Shown here piece by piece: positions 13,150 to 26,589 of a stretch of DNA of 64,000 bases; the stretch's first letter is position 1, and every line of letters starts with the position of its first letter. The stretch lies in contig OX597824.1 in NCBI GenBank assembly GCA_951406725.2, positions 620,001 to 684,000 of the forward strand, written 5' to 3'. The notes under the pieces were generated by a model. It was not told the DNA's origin, searched no databases, and was given only the letters and a program-made list of their open reading frames with translations. The stretch is from Octopus vulgaris (Eukaryota). The position numbers and the translations under genes are program-made.

Positions 13150-13442
13150 TGGCTTACTTTTCTGTCGGCTCTGCTGACAAGTGTTTCAGTTAATCTGATC
13201 AATAGAGCAAGTTGCTCGGGAAAAGTGGCTGAGTTCTCCACAGCAGATATGCGTACCCTTAACGTAATTCTCAGGGAGATTCATCAAATGTGATGAAGCT
13301 GGCCCCATTGAATTACAGGTACTAATCATTTTTGCCAGCTGAGTGGACTGAAGCAATGTGAGATAAAGTGTCTTGCTCAAGGACACGGTGCACCACTGGG
13401 ATTTGAACTTGTGACCTTACAGTCGTGAGCCACTAAGCCATG
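13150..13442 (-). mobile_element. tRNA-derived SINE (family with tgtccttgagcaagacac core); related copies near 1020-1115, 23900-24205 and 33185-33478
   Basis: A/B-box-like head (tggcttagtgg...gttcaaatccc) and a shared body between copies. Confidence 0.6.
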
Positions 13443-13816
13443 TTCTAATATAGCATAGATCAGAATTCTTTAGATAAACTGTGAACAGATCAAGGTTGCT
13501 CACCTCTTCACTTTGATCAGTGCTTTTAAGCTGGGAATTTTGCAGAACAGTTTTCTATTGGCACCGTTCAATGTGGATCGCTTCCCTTGGTGCCAACTCA
13601 CAAATTCACAGAAGAGGAGCATAATTGATTGTATCAACCCGAATGTATTGGAGGGGGATTTCTTATTTATAACATTCTAATCCTGAAATATGAGCTGAAG
13701 ATTTGACTCAAGCAGCACTTTGCACTCCCAAGCTAAACTGTTTAACCTGTCATTCAAATTTTCCTGCAATTTTATAAATTTTTTCTTTTTTTTTTTGTCT
13801 TTTTTTTACCATGCAG

Positions 13817-13990
13817 AAAATCGAAGGTTCAAACCGGCAAAAATTATTTTCTGGCATCCAGTCTTTACAAAGGACTTCTGAAAGTATTGCTCGGTCGCAT
13901 CAAGTTGCGGCTGAGACTGATGAAATTGGTACAGGAATTATTGAAGACATGAGCCGACAAAGAGAAGTTTTGGAAAGAACCAAAAACAGA
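13817..13990 (+). CDS. VTI1B: VTI1B coding exon 5, SNARE motif (KIEGSNRQKLFSGIQSLQRTSESIARSHQVAAETDEIGTGIIEDMSRQREVLERTKNR)
   Basis: Long T tract plus cag acceptor, gtgagt donor; 174 nt; Qb-SNARE motif (SIARSH..A.ETDEIG..I.E....QRE.LERTK.R). Confidence 0.95.
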
Positions 13991-14414
13991 GTGAGTTCAC
14001 TTTTGTGTGTGTGTGTGTGTGTGTGAGAGAATGTTTTACTGTGGCCTGCTTGGTTGGCAGACTCTCTGAGTTCTGAGCTCGAATCCTACTATGGTTAGCT
14101 TTACTTTTTCTACATCTGGGGTCAATCTATAAAGTACAGTTTGAGAATGTGGCACCAATGGAATCATTAGATGGGTTTCTTTTTGATATTTCTTCCAGTT
14201 CCTTACATTCCGAGTTCAAATCTTGCTGTGACTTATGTAGGCGGTAGGTTTGAATTTGTTACCATGAGTACCAGGATGTTGAGTGCCTTTAGCAGGGGAT
14301 TTTCTCTGATGCAGGAAAGATGGGCCAAGTATCCAGGCCTCTCTCCCACCTAAAACAGGTCACAGCCATTGCCCTTTCCTTCTGACTAAGCAGTATTAAA
14401 AAAAAAAACAAGAT

Positions 14415-14603
14415 CTTTATTCTTTTATTTGTTTCAGTCATTTGACTGCGGCCATGCTGGAGCACTGCCTTTAGTCGAACAAATCGACCCCAGGACTTAT
14501 TCTTTGTAAGCCTAGTACTTATTCTATTGGTCTCTTTTGCCGAACCACTAAGTTATGGGGACGTGAACACACCAACATCAGTTGTTAAGCGATGGTTGGG
14601 GGA

Positions 14604-14647
<44 letters not shown>

Positions 14648-14792
14648 CGATGGGCTTCTTTCAGTTTCTGTCTACCAAATCCACTCATAAGGCTTTGGTT
14701 GGCCCGAGGCTATAGTAGAAGACACTTGCCCAAGGTGCCACACAGTGGGACTGGACCCAGAACCATGTGGTTCGTAAGCAACCTATTTACCA
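14415..14792 (-). mobile_element. SINE family 'ggctgtgtggtaagaagcttgcttcccaaccac...' with internal (CA)n; other copies at about 17365-17665 (-), 20613-20900 (+), 30310-30690 (+), 60685-61080 (+)
   Basis: Highly similar multi-copy sequence with a tRNA-like head and a 3' end ...gactgaaacaa(g)taaaagaata. Confidence 0.75.
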
Positions 14793-16272
14793 CAATTTTA
14801 AAAAATATTTTTATTTATCCGTTTGTTTTGGTTAAGAATTTTGCTTCCCCACCACATGGTTTTGGTTTCAGTTCTTATCCCTTACTGTTTTGGATGAGTG
14901 TCTTCTGTGATAACTTTGGGTCAACTAAGGTCTTGTATGCAAATTTGGTCCCCTTTTCCATGCTTGCAAGGGTCAAATGGAATTTGTTAGGGCAGATTTT
15001 TCATGTCCAGTTGTTCTTTCTGCGCCCAGACGTGTTTCCACAGAAGATTAGAAATGACTGACACCACTTGTAGGACAGCGGCACTTGTTTACAACTATCT
15101 CACAATGTCAAGACAAAGAAACACCAACACACACACACTCACACAACTGGCTTCTTTCAGTTTCCATCTACCAAATCCTTTTGCAAGGCTGGTGCTATAG
15201 AAGACACTTGCCCAAGGTGTCACTCAATGGGTCTGGATCTGAAACTCTGTGACTATAAGGCAAAGAAGCAGACTTTACATCCATGGGGTGTCAGGTTCAA
15301 TCTCACTGCGTGACACCTTTAGTAAGTCTGTTCTCCTGTAGCTTTCATTTGATCAATGCTTAATGAATGAGACTTGGTTGAGGGAAACTGCTTCGAAGCC
15401 CACTGCATGTATGTATATGTGTGTGTGTGTGTGTGTATAAGTATGTGCACATGTGTGTTTGTCTCCGCATTGACATTGCTTTATCACTGTATGTCACTGA
15501 GTGGTTCAACAGGAATTCCAGAACCATTTTATTTGCAAACAAGTGAGGCTTAGCATGAGGAGGAGCAACTGGGCATAGGATAGAGACCCCCTCAAGTCTC
15601 ATCCGACTCATTCCAGCTTTGAAAAACGATGTAAAGATGCTGGGGCAATGGTGTTGGTAGTATTATAAAGCATTTGATCCTGCAGTCTGTGGATCTGGCC
15701 TTTCCACCGACAACTGAAGTGCAGCATGCGTGGTCCTTTTCAGGGCTTCCTAGAAAGGTAGGAGGAAGTTATCCTCAGACTGGGGACCTTGAGCAAAATT
15801 CTTGGAATAAAATAGACTCAGGCAGTGGCGTTGAACAAGGGGACAGATTATGTCTACCCTTCTAGAATAGAAATGGCCTTCCACACAGTTTCCATCTATG
15901 ACATTTCACTGGCAAACGTATGATAGAAGACACTTACCCAGGTTGATGTTATAAAGTGGGATTGAACCTGCAACTACAAAGTTGTGAAGAGAACTGCTTA
16001 ACCACTCAGCCATGCCCTCTGCTAGATGTAAACAATTGCATTTTGAGTGGGGAAACTGGTAGAATCCTTAGAGTGCATTTCACAATGTATAATGGTGTTT
16101 CTTGCAGCTCTCTAGGTTTTAAGTTCAAATGCTACTGAGGTTGATGTTGCCTATCATCCTTAAGGGGTCAATGGAATAAGTTACATACAAGGGGTCAATG
16201 GGATTGACTAGTCTCCTCCTACCAAAATTTCAGGCCTTGTGCCTTTAGTAGAAAAGATTATTATTGTTGTTG

Positions 16273-16307
<35 letters not shown>

Positions 16308-16917
16308 GTTATTATTATTATTGTTATTATTATTATTGTTGTTGTTGTTATCATTATTATTATTATTAAATAATAACATTTATTCCAAATGTTGAAATAA
16401 ATGTTTTGTGGTATTTCTTCTGGCTCTTGACATTCTGAGTTCAAATCCCACCAAAGTCAAGTTTTTCCTTTCACCCTTTCAAGGTTGATATTATCCATGG
16501 TATCCATAGTGATGTACTGGCGTCAGGGATGCTGACTAACCTATCTCTGCCAAATTGTTGGCCTTGGGCCTATAGAAGAAACTCATCATCACCATCATCA
16601 TTGTCGTTTAACGTCCGCTTTCCATGCTGGCATGGGTTGGACGGTTTAACTGAGGAGTGACAAACCAGAAGGCTGCATCAGGCTCCAAACTGATCAGACA
16701 AAATTTCTACAGCTGGATTCCCTTCCTAACACCAACCACTCTGAGAGTGTATTGGGTGCTTTTCATGTGTGACCAGCACAGGAGCCAGTCAAGTGGCACT
16801 GGCAACGACAAACGCTCGAATGGTGCCAAAACCTCCTCCTGTAGCCCCAAGTTGTTCTTGTTGAATTTGTTTCTGTAGAATTAAAATTGGTTCCTTTGCC
16901 TTTTCCTTGTCTTTCAG

Positions 16918-16979
16918 CTTGACGAAACCGATGCTAACCTTAGTAAAAGTCGGCGAATAATAAAAAATATTGTAAGACG
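16918..16979 (+). CDS. VTI1B: VTI1B coding exon 6 (LDETDANLSKSRRIIKNIVR)
   Basis: Acceptor ttgtctttcag, donor gtaagt; NLSKSR motif as in Vti1b; ends in phase 2. Confidence 0.93.
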
Positions 16980-17670
16980 GTAAGTGATGTTTCCGTATAG
17001 AAAACTTTGCCAAGTGGTTGAGAAGTTGGCTTGTTAAGCACAGGGTTCTAGGTTCAGTCCTGCTGCCTGGTATCTTAGGTATGTGACCTTTGTTATAGCC
17101 TCAGACTGATTGATGCTCTATTATAAAGCTTATCTTCCACTTGAATTTTGAGGTCTTGTGAGCTGCATGGCAACCTCACTTGAGCCAGTGGCATAGAAAA
17201 GCACCCAGTACATGCTGTAATGTAGTTTGTGTTAGGCAGGGCATCAAGCCCTAAAATCCATGCCAAAGCACAATGCAGTCCTTGTCCCCCCCCCCCCTCA
17301 TCATCATCCCTTAATTGATGCAACCACTCTAGATGCTTTCATAGTCAGCCATTGCCACTAGCCTCTTGACTGTGGTCATGCTGGAGCACTGCCTTTAGTT
17401 GAACAAATCAACCCCAGAACTTATTCTTTGTAAGCCTAGTGCATATTCTATTGGTCTCTTTTGCTGAACTGCTAAGTTATGAGGATGTAAACATACCAAC
17501 ATTGGCTGTCAAGCGATGGTGGGAGGACAGACATAAATACATACATACAAGCATGCATGCCTAATACATACATACTGACACTTGCCCAAGGTGCTACACA
17601 GTGGGATGGAACCTGGAACCATGTGGTTGGGAAACAATCTTTTTACCACAGCCAAACCTGCACCTATATA

Positions 17671-18965
17671 TACCAGAAAAACCCATGTAATTTAAGCAAT
17701 TTGTTTTCGCAAAAATAAAAGTAAACTTGAAGATGTGCGTAAATTACACGAGTCAATCGTTTCCAGAATTTTTTGAAATTTCTTTTCGTTGGAAAAAAAC
17801 GTACAAAACATAAACATTCAATCCTGGAAGTTGACTCATTTAATGTCAGAAAAGGTTTTTACAGAACCAAATAATGGCTTCAATATAATGAAGTTGACTT
17901 TTATTTATTCTGAATGATATCATGCTTTATTTTTCTGTATAAATTCACTAAAATCATTAAATGGTTAACTACTATTTGAAGATCTGATGTTCATACTGGT
18001 AAACATGGTCTGGGTTATATTTTACACTGCTTGGAGTTTCTTCCTATCACAATGGAGCACCGTGGACATACATAGTGATCTGGATATTCCTGACTGCAAA
18101 AAATGTAATGATATGGATAATCTGGGTTGTATATTGTTATTTTTGTCTATTTATTACTAGGCACAGTTTTAAGTTTGTCCTACTGTTTATGCCAATTTAG
18201 AACATTAGCTTCATTAACATTAAAATGCCTTCTGGCAGCTCTATTGCCACATCCAAATGCAGATTCAACATATTCAATTTCTCCTTTGCAGTAAACGATT
18301 CATGAGTTCTGCCCATCCTGACAATAACGCTAGTGACACATTTTAAAATTTGCTTGACATTTTATAAGTGTGAAAGGGATTAAAATGTTGATAGTTCATA
18401 TCAAAGGTTCCAACAAGAAAAGGCAGAAAAGAATTCTGTTTACACAATCAGTTTGATCGGTCACCTTCCTCTGTCGGTTTGAGTAAAGTGTCATTCAAAC
18501 TGATGTTTATTGGTAATTAAACTTAATTTGCAACACCTGTGCATATTTATCAGCTTTGTTTTTGTTGGTAATCCTTATCAACAACTTTTCCTGTGATCAT
18601 GATTTGAGAAGACATACAGCAGTAAGCTAAAGATCAGACATAATCTCTTGTGGCCAAGAAATGTAAAATAAAGTTTATCATAAACAACACAAACACTTTG
18701 TAATTTAAAAGCTTTCAATGTGATACCTGTTAAGCAGAAATTATTTTTATTTAATGAAAATTTAATAAAATTTAATCATAAGTAAGTGAAATTATGCTAA
18801 ATACAACTAAATTGGAAACCTTTTTCCTCTGGTTATATCAGCAATTCTAAAAACTTTTTGGTGTAAATTTTACATAAGTAGAAGCCTTTTTTTTAAACGA
18901 ATTTTATCCTGAAAATCACCTGTGTAAATTACACAGGTGTGCAAATTACATAGGTTTTTATGGTA
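17671..18965 (-). mobile_element. pogo/Tc2-like (POGK-type) DNA transposon remnant in VTI1B intron 6
   Basis: TIRs taccagaaaaacccatgtaatt / aattacataggtttttatggta in TA context; minus-strand remnant ESFTAKEKL..IEYVE...GNRAARRHFNVNEANVLNWHKQ resembles a Brinker-type DNA-binding domain. Confidence 0.8.
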
Positions 18966-19038
18966 TATATTTTTTTTTCTCTGACTAATTAAATAATCCT
19001 TATGATGATGTAATTTCATTGCTGTTTCTATTTTCCAG

Positions 19039-19132
19039 GGTGATGACTGACAAAATGATCCTTATTGCCATAATCTTGGTTGAATTAGCAGCCTTAGGTG
19101 GAGTGGTTTACTACAAATATTTCAGAAAGTAA
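19039..19132 (+). CDS. VTI1B: VTI1B last coding exon, C-terminal TM anchor (RVMTDKMILIAIILVELAALGGVVYYKYFRK*)
   Basis: Acceptor ttttccag; hydrophobic tail anchor matching Vti1b LLLSIIILLELAILGGLVYYKFF; TAA at 19130-19132. Total CDS 654 nt = 217 aa. Confidence 0.95.
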
Positions 19133-19179
19133 ATCCAATTCCGTTTGTAAATCTCTCCATTATTGTTGTTACAATAATC

Positions 19180-19203
19180 AATAAAAATAAATAAATAAAT
19201 AAA
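19180..19203 (+). promoter_or_regulatory. Candidate proximal polyadenylation signals of VTI1B (clustered AATAAA)
   Basis: Several overlapping AATAAA about 50-70 nt after the stop. A distal AATAAA at 20336-20341 is followed by a GT/T-rich tract. Confidence 0.4.
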
Positions 19204-20188
19204 AAGAGGTAACCAACATATTTATATTATCATGTAACAACAACAACAACAGCAATTACACATTCTGAACTAATTATTTTCGCAAACCATCTCTGTAATA
19301 ATTAAAAATGATTTTTCAAACAAATATTCTCTTGTTAAAGTAAATGCGGTTAAGACTGGATGAGAAGGGTCAGATGGGTTTTGTGGGCTGGTGGAAGTTA
19401 TCTCCACTTTGGTTGCACCTGGCAACTCTCCTGGCTTCGACCCGACAGAGACGACAATGCGTTTGCTGCTTTAAGCATCAGACACCAACATTCCTTCCCA
19501 GGTTGAAACTGAAGCCAAAAGTCTGAGAAATCTTTTGAGCCAAGAACATTTTTATTTATTCCTTCAATTTGTTTATCTTCAATGATTTGAATCAACATTT
19601 TAACTGTCATAAAACCATAAAAGATATAAATCAGGTGAGAGAGGGTGCCTCTACATGGTCTCTTGACCTGTTAGAAATAACAACCAAATCTCCCTCAAAT
19701 TACACCCTGGTGTCTTAAAGAAAGGATGAATGAATATGTTAACTAATATAGTCAGTCCTAGACATATTCCTGGCCCCTCCCCCATGAAAAAAAAATGCCT
19801 TTGATTGTTAGTCTACTTGTTGAAGGTAGACCTAGAGTTACAACAACAACAACATGAACGTCTACAGACAGAAATATCAACAAATGCTTTCTATTTTTTT
19901 TTTTTTTTTTATAAAGTGATAATCTTCTCTTCTGTTAATTCCCTTTTTTGGAATGAAGATGGGCCGTTGTCCTTTGTTCTTGGAACAGAATCCTGTATTT
20001 TGGTTGGTCTCTTAAAACTGGCTCCAGATTTATGTCATCAACAACTCATTTTCTCTGTCTGTTTGTCTACCTATTATCTATCAATTTATCATGGATCTCT
20101 CTCTCTGCATCTGTCTTTCTATCTGTCTGTCTGTCTGTCTGTCTACCTATCTATCTATCTCTATCTGTCTATCTATCTGTCTCTCTCG

Positions 20189-20221
<33 letters not shown>

Positions 20222-22998
20222 GTTTATCTATCTATCTATCTGTCTGTCTGTCTGTCTACCTATGTCCATCACAATGAGATTCTTAACTGGAGATGTAATA
20301 TAAACTTTTAAATCTTTGAAATATTATAAAAAGTAAATAAATTTAATATATATATATAAAAAAACGTGTCTTTTTTTTTCCCCCTCAAATAATTGATTTT
20401 CTTCTCCATTTGTCTGTTATTGTCGCATCACCAACCTGGAAGCATTAAAGAGTTGTGCCAAAGGTGCCCATTCGTCTACAGTGGAGCAAATCAGTGAAAT
20501 GACAGAATGGTCAGACAGAATTGGCTAGAACTGTCTGCGATGTTGCTGCCTTGACTCACTGTACTTTGAGTTCAAATCCTGCCTAAATTAACTTCACTTC
20601 TTTAGACTCAAGGGGTGGCTGTGTGGTAAGAAGCTTGCCCCCCGACCACGTGGTCCTTGGTTCAGACTCATTGCATGGCACCTTGGGTAAGTGTCTTCTC
20701 CTAAAGCCCTGGGCTGACCAAAGTCTTGTGAGTGTATTTGGTAGATGGAAACTGAAAGAAGCCCATTGTATCTGTATATGAAGCAGTTCAGTAAAAGAGA
20801 CTGATGGAATAAGGACGACACTTCAAAAACTATTGGTTCTGGAGAACCTACAAGGTGATGCCCAAGCATGGCCCTGCCCCAATGACTGAAACAAGTAAAG
20901 GATTCCCTTTTGGGAGTCTATAAATAGAACAGCAATCCAAGGTAGCAGATTGATGGGATTATGTCATTAAAACAAAAGATAAAAGAAATCTGTGATTCAG
21001 AATGAAAAATACAACAAAATCAGAAATAATTTGGATGAGAAGGAAATGATTTATTTAAAAATCCCAAAACTTTATTCAGTCTTTTATCAGGGCCCAGAGT
21101 ATGTGTTGGGGTATTGCAGAGCAAGAGGCTGGTGGTTCATATCTTGGCATCAGCTGTAAACTGCAGCAGTTTCTCTAAAAAAAAAAAGATCCCAAAAAAC
21201 CAATGAGTATTTTGTTATCTTAATTGTTTGGATGTCTTTCCATCCTGTAAAAGCTGAGCAATCAACCAGAAACCAGTCCATCGTATTTCTTCCTTGGATG
21301 ACTTCAATGCAACAACAAAGTTACAAGACACACCCACTCGTTGCCGTGTTTCTCATGCTGCCTTTGTTTCAATTAATTATGGAAATAACGAAGAATTTTG
21401 TCAAATAACTTTGTCGTTTTTGATCTGGTTGTGAGGTGGCAGAGTCGTTAGCACACCTGACGAAGTGCTTAGCAGCCCTGCTTCTGGTTTTACATTCTGA
21501 GTTCAAATTTTGGCAAGGCCATTCGGGGTCAATGAAATAAGGATCAGTTGAGCACTGGCCATTGATGTGAGGGATTAATTCCCTCCCCACAAATTCCAGG
21601 CCTTGTGTCATGAGCAGAGATGTAATTAACTAGCCACCCCTCCCCTCACTCTACCCCCAAACTGCTGGCCTTGTGCCAAAATTTGAAATCAATATTTCCT
21701 ATGGCTGTGGTGGAAACAAACAAGAGATTAAGATTACTGAATGAAATATGTTGTAATCTTTAGTTTGTCCCTCTCAGTCCCGAGTTCAAATCCTACTTGG
21801 AATGTTTCCTTGGTTTGATAAACCCAGTCCCAGTGACGTAATGGGGGTCAGTTATAGTAACTGTTCCATTTCATCAACATCATTGAATATCTGTGTTCCA
21901 TGCTGGCATGGATTGGATGGTTCGACAGGATCAAATGGATCACCAACAGTGTTTTACATCTGCTTTTCCATGCTGGCATGGGTTAGACAGTTTTGTTTTC
22001 TAAGGCAGTGTTTTATGAGTGGATGCCTTATCCTTTCACCAACCTTTCAGTTGTTACTTATAATGTGCCATACACAAAGTGTATCTGTTCCCAAACCAGT
22101 GTATACATGATAGAATAATTCAAAATGAATGTTGATATATATATATATATATCAGAAGTAATTAAGATTCAGTTGAATTAGGTAATTAAGATGAGGCACC
22201 AAGTCAGTCTGGTATTATCTGCACAGCTCGAAGTAAGGTGAATAAAATGAAAATAAGTAACAGGATTTCAAGTAGTGATGCAGTACGACCATTTCAAGCA
22301 GCTCCATTTAATTGAACAATGCAATCATTACTTTAATCTAAATACAGCGCTATCTTCAGCTGTACAAATATGGATTTTCAACAGGCAAGATATATTAATA
22401 TAATTTTTCTTAAATATTTTAACAGAGCAAGAAGATGGAAGAAATTCAAGTTGTCACTATTGTAGCAAGAATAGCTGAGATAATAATAGACTACAATTTT
22501 TAGAATGGTATGGAACACAGTGGGGGTCATAGGGTTGTAATTCATTTCTAATTTATCTATATCATCAACAAAAATCTAAGACTAAAAGACTGTGTATATT
22601 TAGAATAAAGAACTCTAATGAGAGAATTTGGTAGACAGAAATTGAAAGATGCCTGTCGTGTATGTTTGTCCCACACCACTACTTGACAACCAGTGTTGGT
22701 TCAGTGATGTCCCTGCAAGATACCAGTTTGGCAAAAGAGAATGATAGAATGAGTTCTAAAAAGAAGTATTGGATTTAAGTTGTTTAATTAAACCCTTCAA
22801 GATAGTGCCCCAGCATGGCCACAGTCCAATGACTGAGACAAGTAAAAGATGAGAGATAAATAAAAATAAAAGTGAAAAATCAATGCTTTGTAGTTTTTCT
22901 TTTTTCTTTTTTTGATTGAAGCAAAATCTAAGTTTATCAAACCTGAGATATGTGAAATTTCAGTTAGGGGCTGCCACAGAAATCTCGGTTAGGGGCTG

Positions 22999-23123
22999 TT
23001 ACAAAATCAGTTGATCATCGACCACTATTTGTGAAAGGAAGTCTTTGTAATGAATAGTCTCTGAATCTGGTTCTGCTGCTGCAGAGAACATCTCTGCCAA
23101 TTCATCCGGTTCAAAAGCTTCAC
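22999..23123 (-). CDS. EFCAB2: EFCAB2/DRC8 last coding exon (GEAFEPDELAEMFSAAAEPDSETIHYKDFLSQIVVDDQLIL*)
   Basis: Acceptor tttcttttccag, TAA stop; matches GEPFSQEEMEEMLSAAIDPES..I.YKDY. Total CDS 516 nt = 171 aa. Confidence 0.95.
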
Positions 23124-24224
23124 CTGGAAAAGAAACAAAAAAAAAAAAGATAAGGAAAAAATTTGACAAATTTCTTTAACCTCTTTGTTACCAAGTTTCT
23201 GTTAACAAACACTGCCTTTCTTTCAATTAGTTTTGAAAATAATAAAAACTTAATTAAAATAGCTTTGTCATAATTAAGCTGGTGTTTGGAAGATCACTTT
23301 AAAACAGAAAGTTTGTATCAGAGGACCAAGTTGATGGGTAGGTCCAGACAGGTTCATGGGTGTGGGAACAGAGTGTGCAGGGGTTGCAAGCATACCTTCT
23401 AAAAGTCTTGGGGTGTGTAAAATTGAAATTTGGAACCCTAATTACTTTTCTCTTGTTTAGAAAACAAAGCATAAAAAGTAGCTTAAAGTCAAGTTTCTTC
23501 TCAAAGAACAAAGAACAAAAATAAATAAAACAAGACCTTGTTTGTAAAAAAAATTTGGACCTGGGTTTGAACCCTTTAAGCAAATTTTACTCCTGAGCCA
23601 GTGGCCAAGTTTTGGTATTGAATTTGTTAAAGGAGAAAGAGAGAGAAAAAGAATTATATATTTTTCATCATTAGCATCAGGTTTCATTCTAATCATCTTC
23701 ATTGGTTTAACATTTACTTTGCTATGCTTGACTTGGTCAGACAAGATCGGTTGAGGGAGGTTTTCTATGGTTGGTTGCTTCTCTTATCACCAACCTACAT
23801 GATTACAAGCACTTATATAACTGTGGCGCTTGTTGTTGCATCGACTGCTTGGTGTCAAGGGAAGGAGACACAAGGACACACATGTAATTAAATATTAATA
23901 TATATGACGGACTCTCCCGTCAAAGATGATGAAATGAATGTTCAGCTTTTGTTGTTGAACGAGCTGCACAAATGACTGGTTTCTAGAGATCAGGATGTAT
24001 GTGTTGTACATTATGTCCTTCCCCTCCATCCAATCAACATTACCTGAACAGGTACACAGTGTACCATGCATCAGGTGTCAAACTGACCACAGAGCAACAT
24101 GAGATGAGGTGCTTTGCTCAAGAACACAATGCACCACTCGGCCGAGGAACTGAAACCGTGACCTCGTGATCATCAGTGCAACACAATAACCGCTTGGCCA
24201 TGCATCTATACACACACACACACA

Positions 24225-24275
<51 letters not shown>

Positions 24276-25367
24276 ACCTAGGTTGTACAGACACAAAACA
24301 TGGCAAATTTAAACTCTTTCTCTGAAGATTGTCAAAATGAAGAGCCTTAATTGATTTTTGACCCCTACAGGTGTCCCATGAGAGGTTTCTACATCACTTG
24401 ACCAATCCCAGTGAACAATCTAGATGGGACGAGGTAAAGGAAGTAGGAACTGTTGGGTACAATGACATCAAGGAGTGGCACAGGGGGGGGGAGGTGCTAC
24501 CAACAAAGGGACAAGAGGAGATAATATACACATGTGTGAACAGGGTTACAGTTTTGGGGAGTTAGATTATGATTGGGAATTACTATCAAATTACATATGG
24601 CAGGCTACAGGCAGAAACTGGTTTTGATACGTCAGAGGGATCGGGTTTTAAAAGGTAGAAAATGGGGCTGTTTGTAAGTGGGGCATATGGTCCCATTTCC
24701 ATTATCATATTTTTAATTTTTTAATTCTTATATGTCCCCACGTGTCTTGTATTGTCCCGTCTGTGTGCGCCCCTTGTGGGCAATAAAAAATCAAATTTAT
24801 TTTTATAAACAATAAATCTAGGAACTTTAAAGAACTGGGGTTCCTAATTTGCATGCAACATGTCTGGAACACTATTTAGTATCAGCAGCATCTCAAGAGG
24901 AGGTTCATGTATGATGCAATATATATATATATGCGATATATATATATAAGCCAAGGAGCAGATACATATAAAAAGGGCAAATTTCAAAATTTCTCTAGAA
25001 ATTGTGGAACAACTTTAATCGATGTTTCCACCTTATTAGGTTCTCATCAGCAGCATTTACAGCAGTTGACCAATCCCCAAAGTCAATGAATCCAGGAGCT
25101 ACAAAGAACTGGGGCCGCTAATTTGCATACCATTTGTGTTTGATCCTTTATCAGAGGCCTGTCAGTGGGGATTTCAGTCCCCACAGATTCAAGGTATGCC
25201 ATGTGATACATGGAAATCAACATAGGAGACACACAGACATTGCAAAACTGTTTATACAATACAACAGGCTTTTCTACTAAGTCTAAGAACGAATTTTATA
25301 CATTTCATCTTTTCTTATTCCAAATCTTCAACAATGCATGCGTCAGTGTATTTGTGCATGGATCAAT

Positions 25368-25425
25368 GTGTGTATACACGTACATACATACATACATACA
25401 TATGTATGTATACATATACATATAC

Positions 25426-25471
<46 letters not shown>

Positions 25472-25542
25472 ATGTATGTATGTATATGTATGTGTATATA
25501 TATGTATATAAATATATGTATATACGTATATATATATGTATG

Positions 25543-25600
<58 letters not shown>
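25368..25600. repeat. Compound (TA)n/(TATG)n microsatellite
   Basis: Read directly. Confidence 0.95.
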
Positions 25601-25602
<2 letters not shown>

Positions 25603-26589
25603 CTAAAAAATGGAACAAGAACACAAGAGATAACAATAAAACAACCAGATGGATAGACGATGCATGGATATATATACACACATACAAACACATATATACA
25701 CATACACATATGTACACACACACAGATGTACACATACACACACATACATATGTGAGTGTGTGTGCTTGTTTCCAGGTGTTTCTATTATTTTACCTGTCTA
25801 CTGATTGTCATGATGTATTTTTGTTCTACACAAAGCATTCCTGCTAATTTCGAATGTTTACCTACAGAACGTCTGACCATACAATTTGCATAACTCTAGA
25901 AATTACGAACATTTTAAAATTTTCTTTTCTCTAAAATAATTCCAGTTTGAGGAATAAACACGTCCTGAATAATTCTCAACATCTGTTTTGTATTCAGTTG
26001 AGACAAAGGCTAACGTAATCAATCCGATGTTTGGCAGGTGAGTGTTTTTAAACGGGTGAACTGTCTGTGTGTGTGTGTGTGTGTGTGTGTATTTGGATAT
26101 GTGTGTATACATCCGTGAGTTTGGGTGTACTTCTAGGTACATGTTTTTACCTGTAACATTGTACACTCACACACATACACATTTATATTTATATATTTAT
26201 ACATGTGTATATGTGCACATATGTATATGTACGAGTGTGTGCACTTATATATACATACACACACATATACTTACCTCCTCCTCCTCCCCCATCATCATCA
26301 TTTAACGTCCGTTTTGCATGCTGTCATGGGTTGGACAGTTTAACAGGCTTCAGTGAGCTGCAGAGCTATGTCGGGCCCCAGTGTCAGCTTTGGAAATGGT
26401 CCCTATGTCTGGATTTCCTTCCTATATAGCTGTGTGTACATCCTTAAATATGTTCACAAATGCACGTGTGTGTGTGTGTGTGTACGTATGAACAAATATG
26501 AGGGTGTGACTATATGTTTGTGTGTGTGAAGTATCAACCGTGTGTGCAATCTGGAATGTGTTTGTCTCTGCTCATAGTTGAGCAACCAG

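Noticed and set aside
24360-24410. Additional hammerhead-like remnant on the minus strand
   Set aside because: Both conserved boxes are too degenerate to support.
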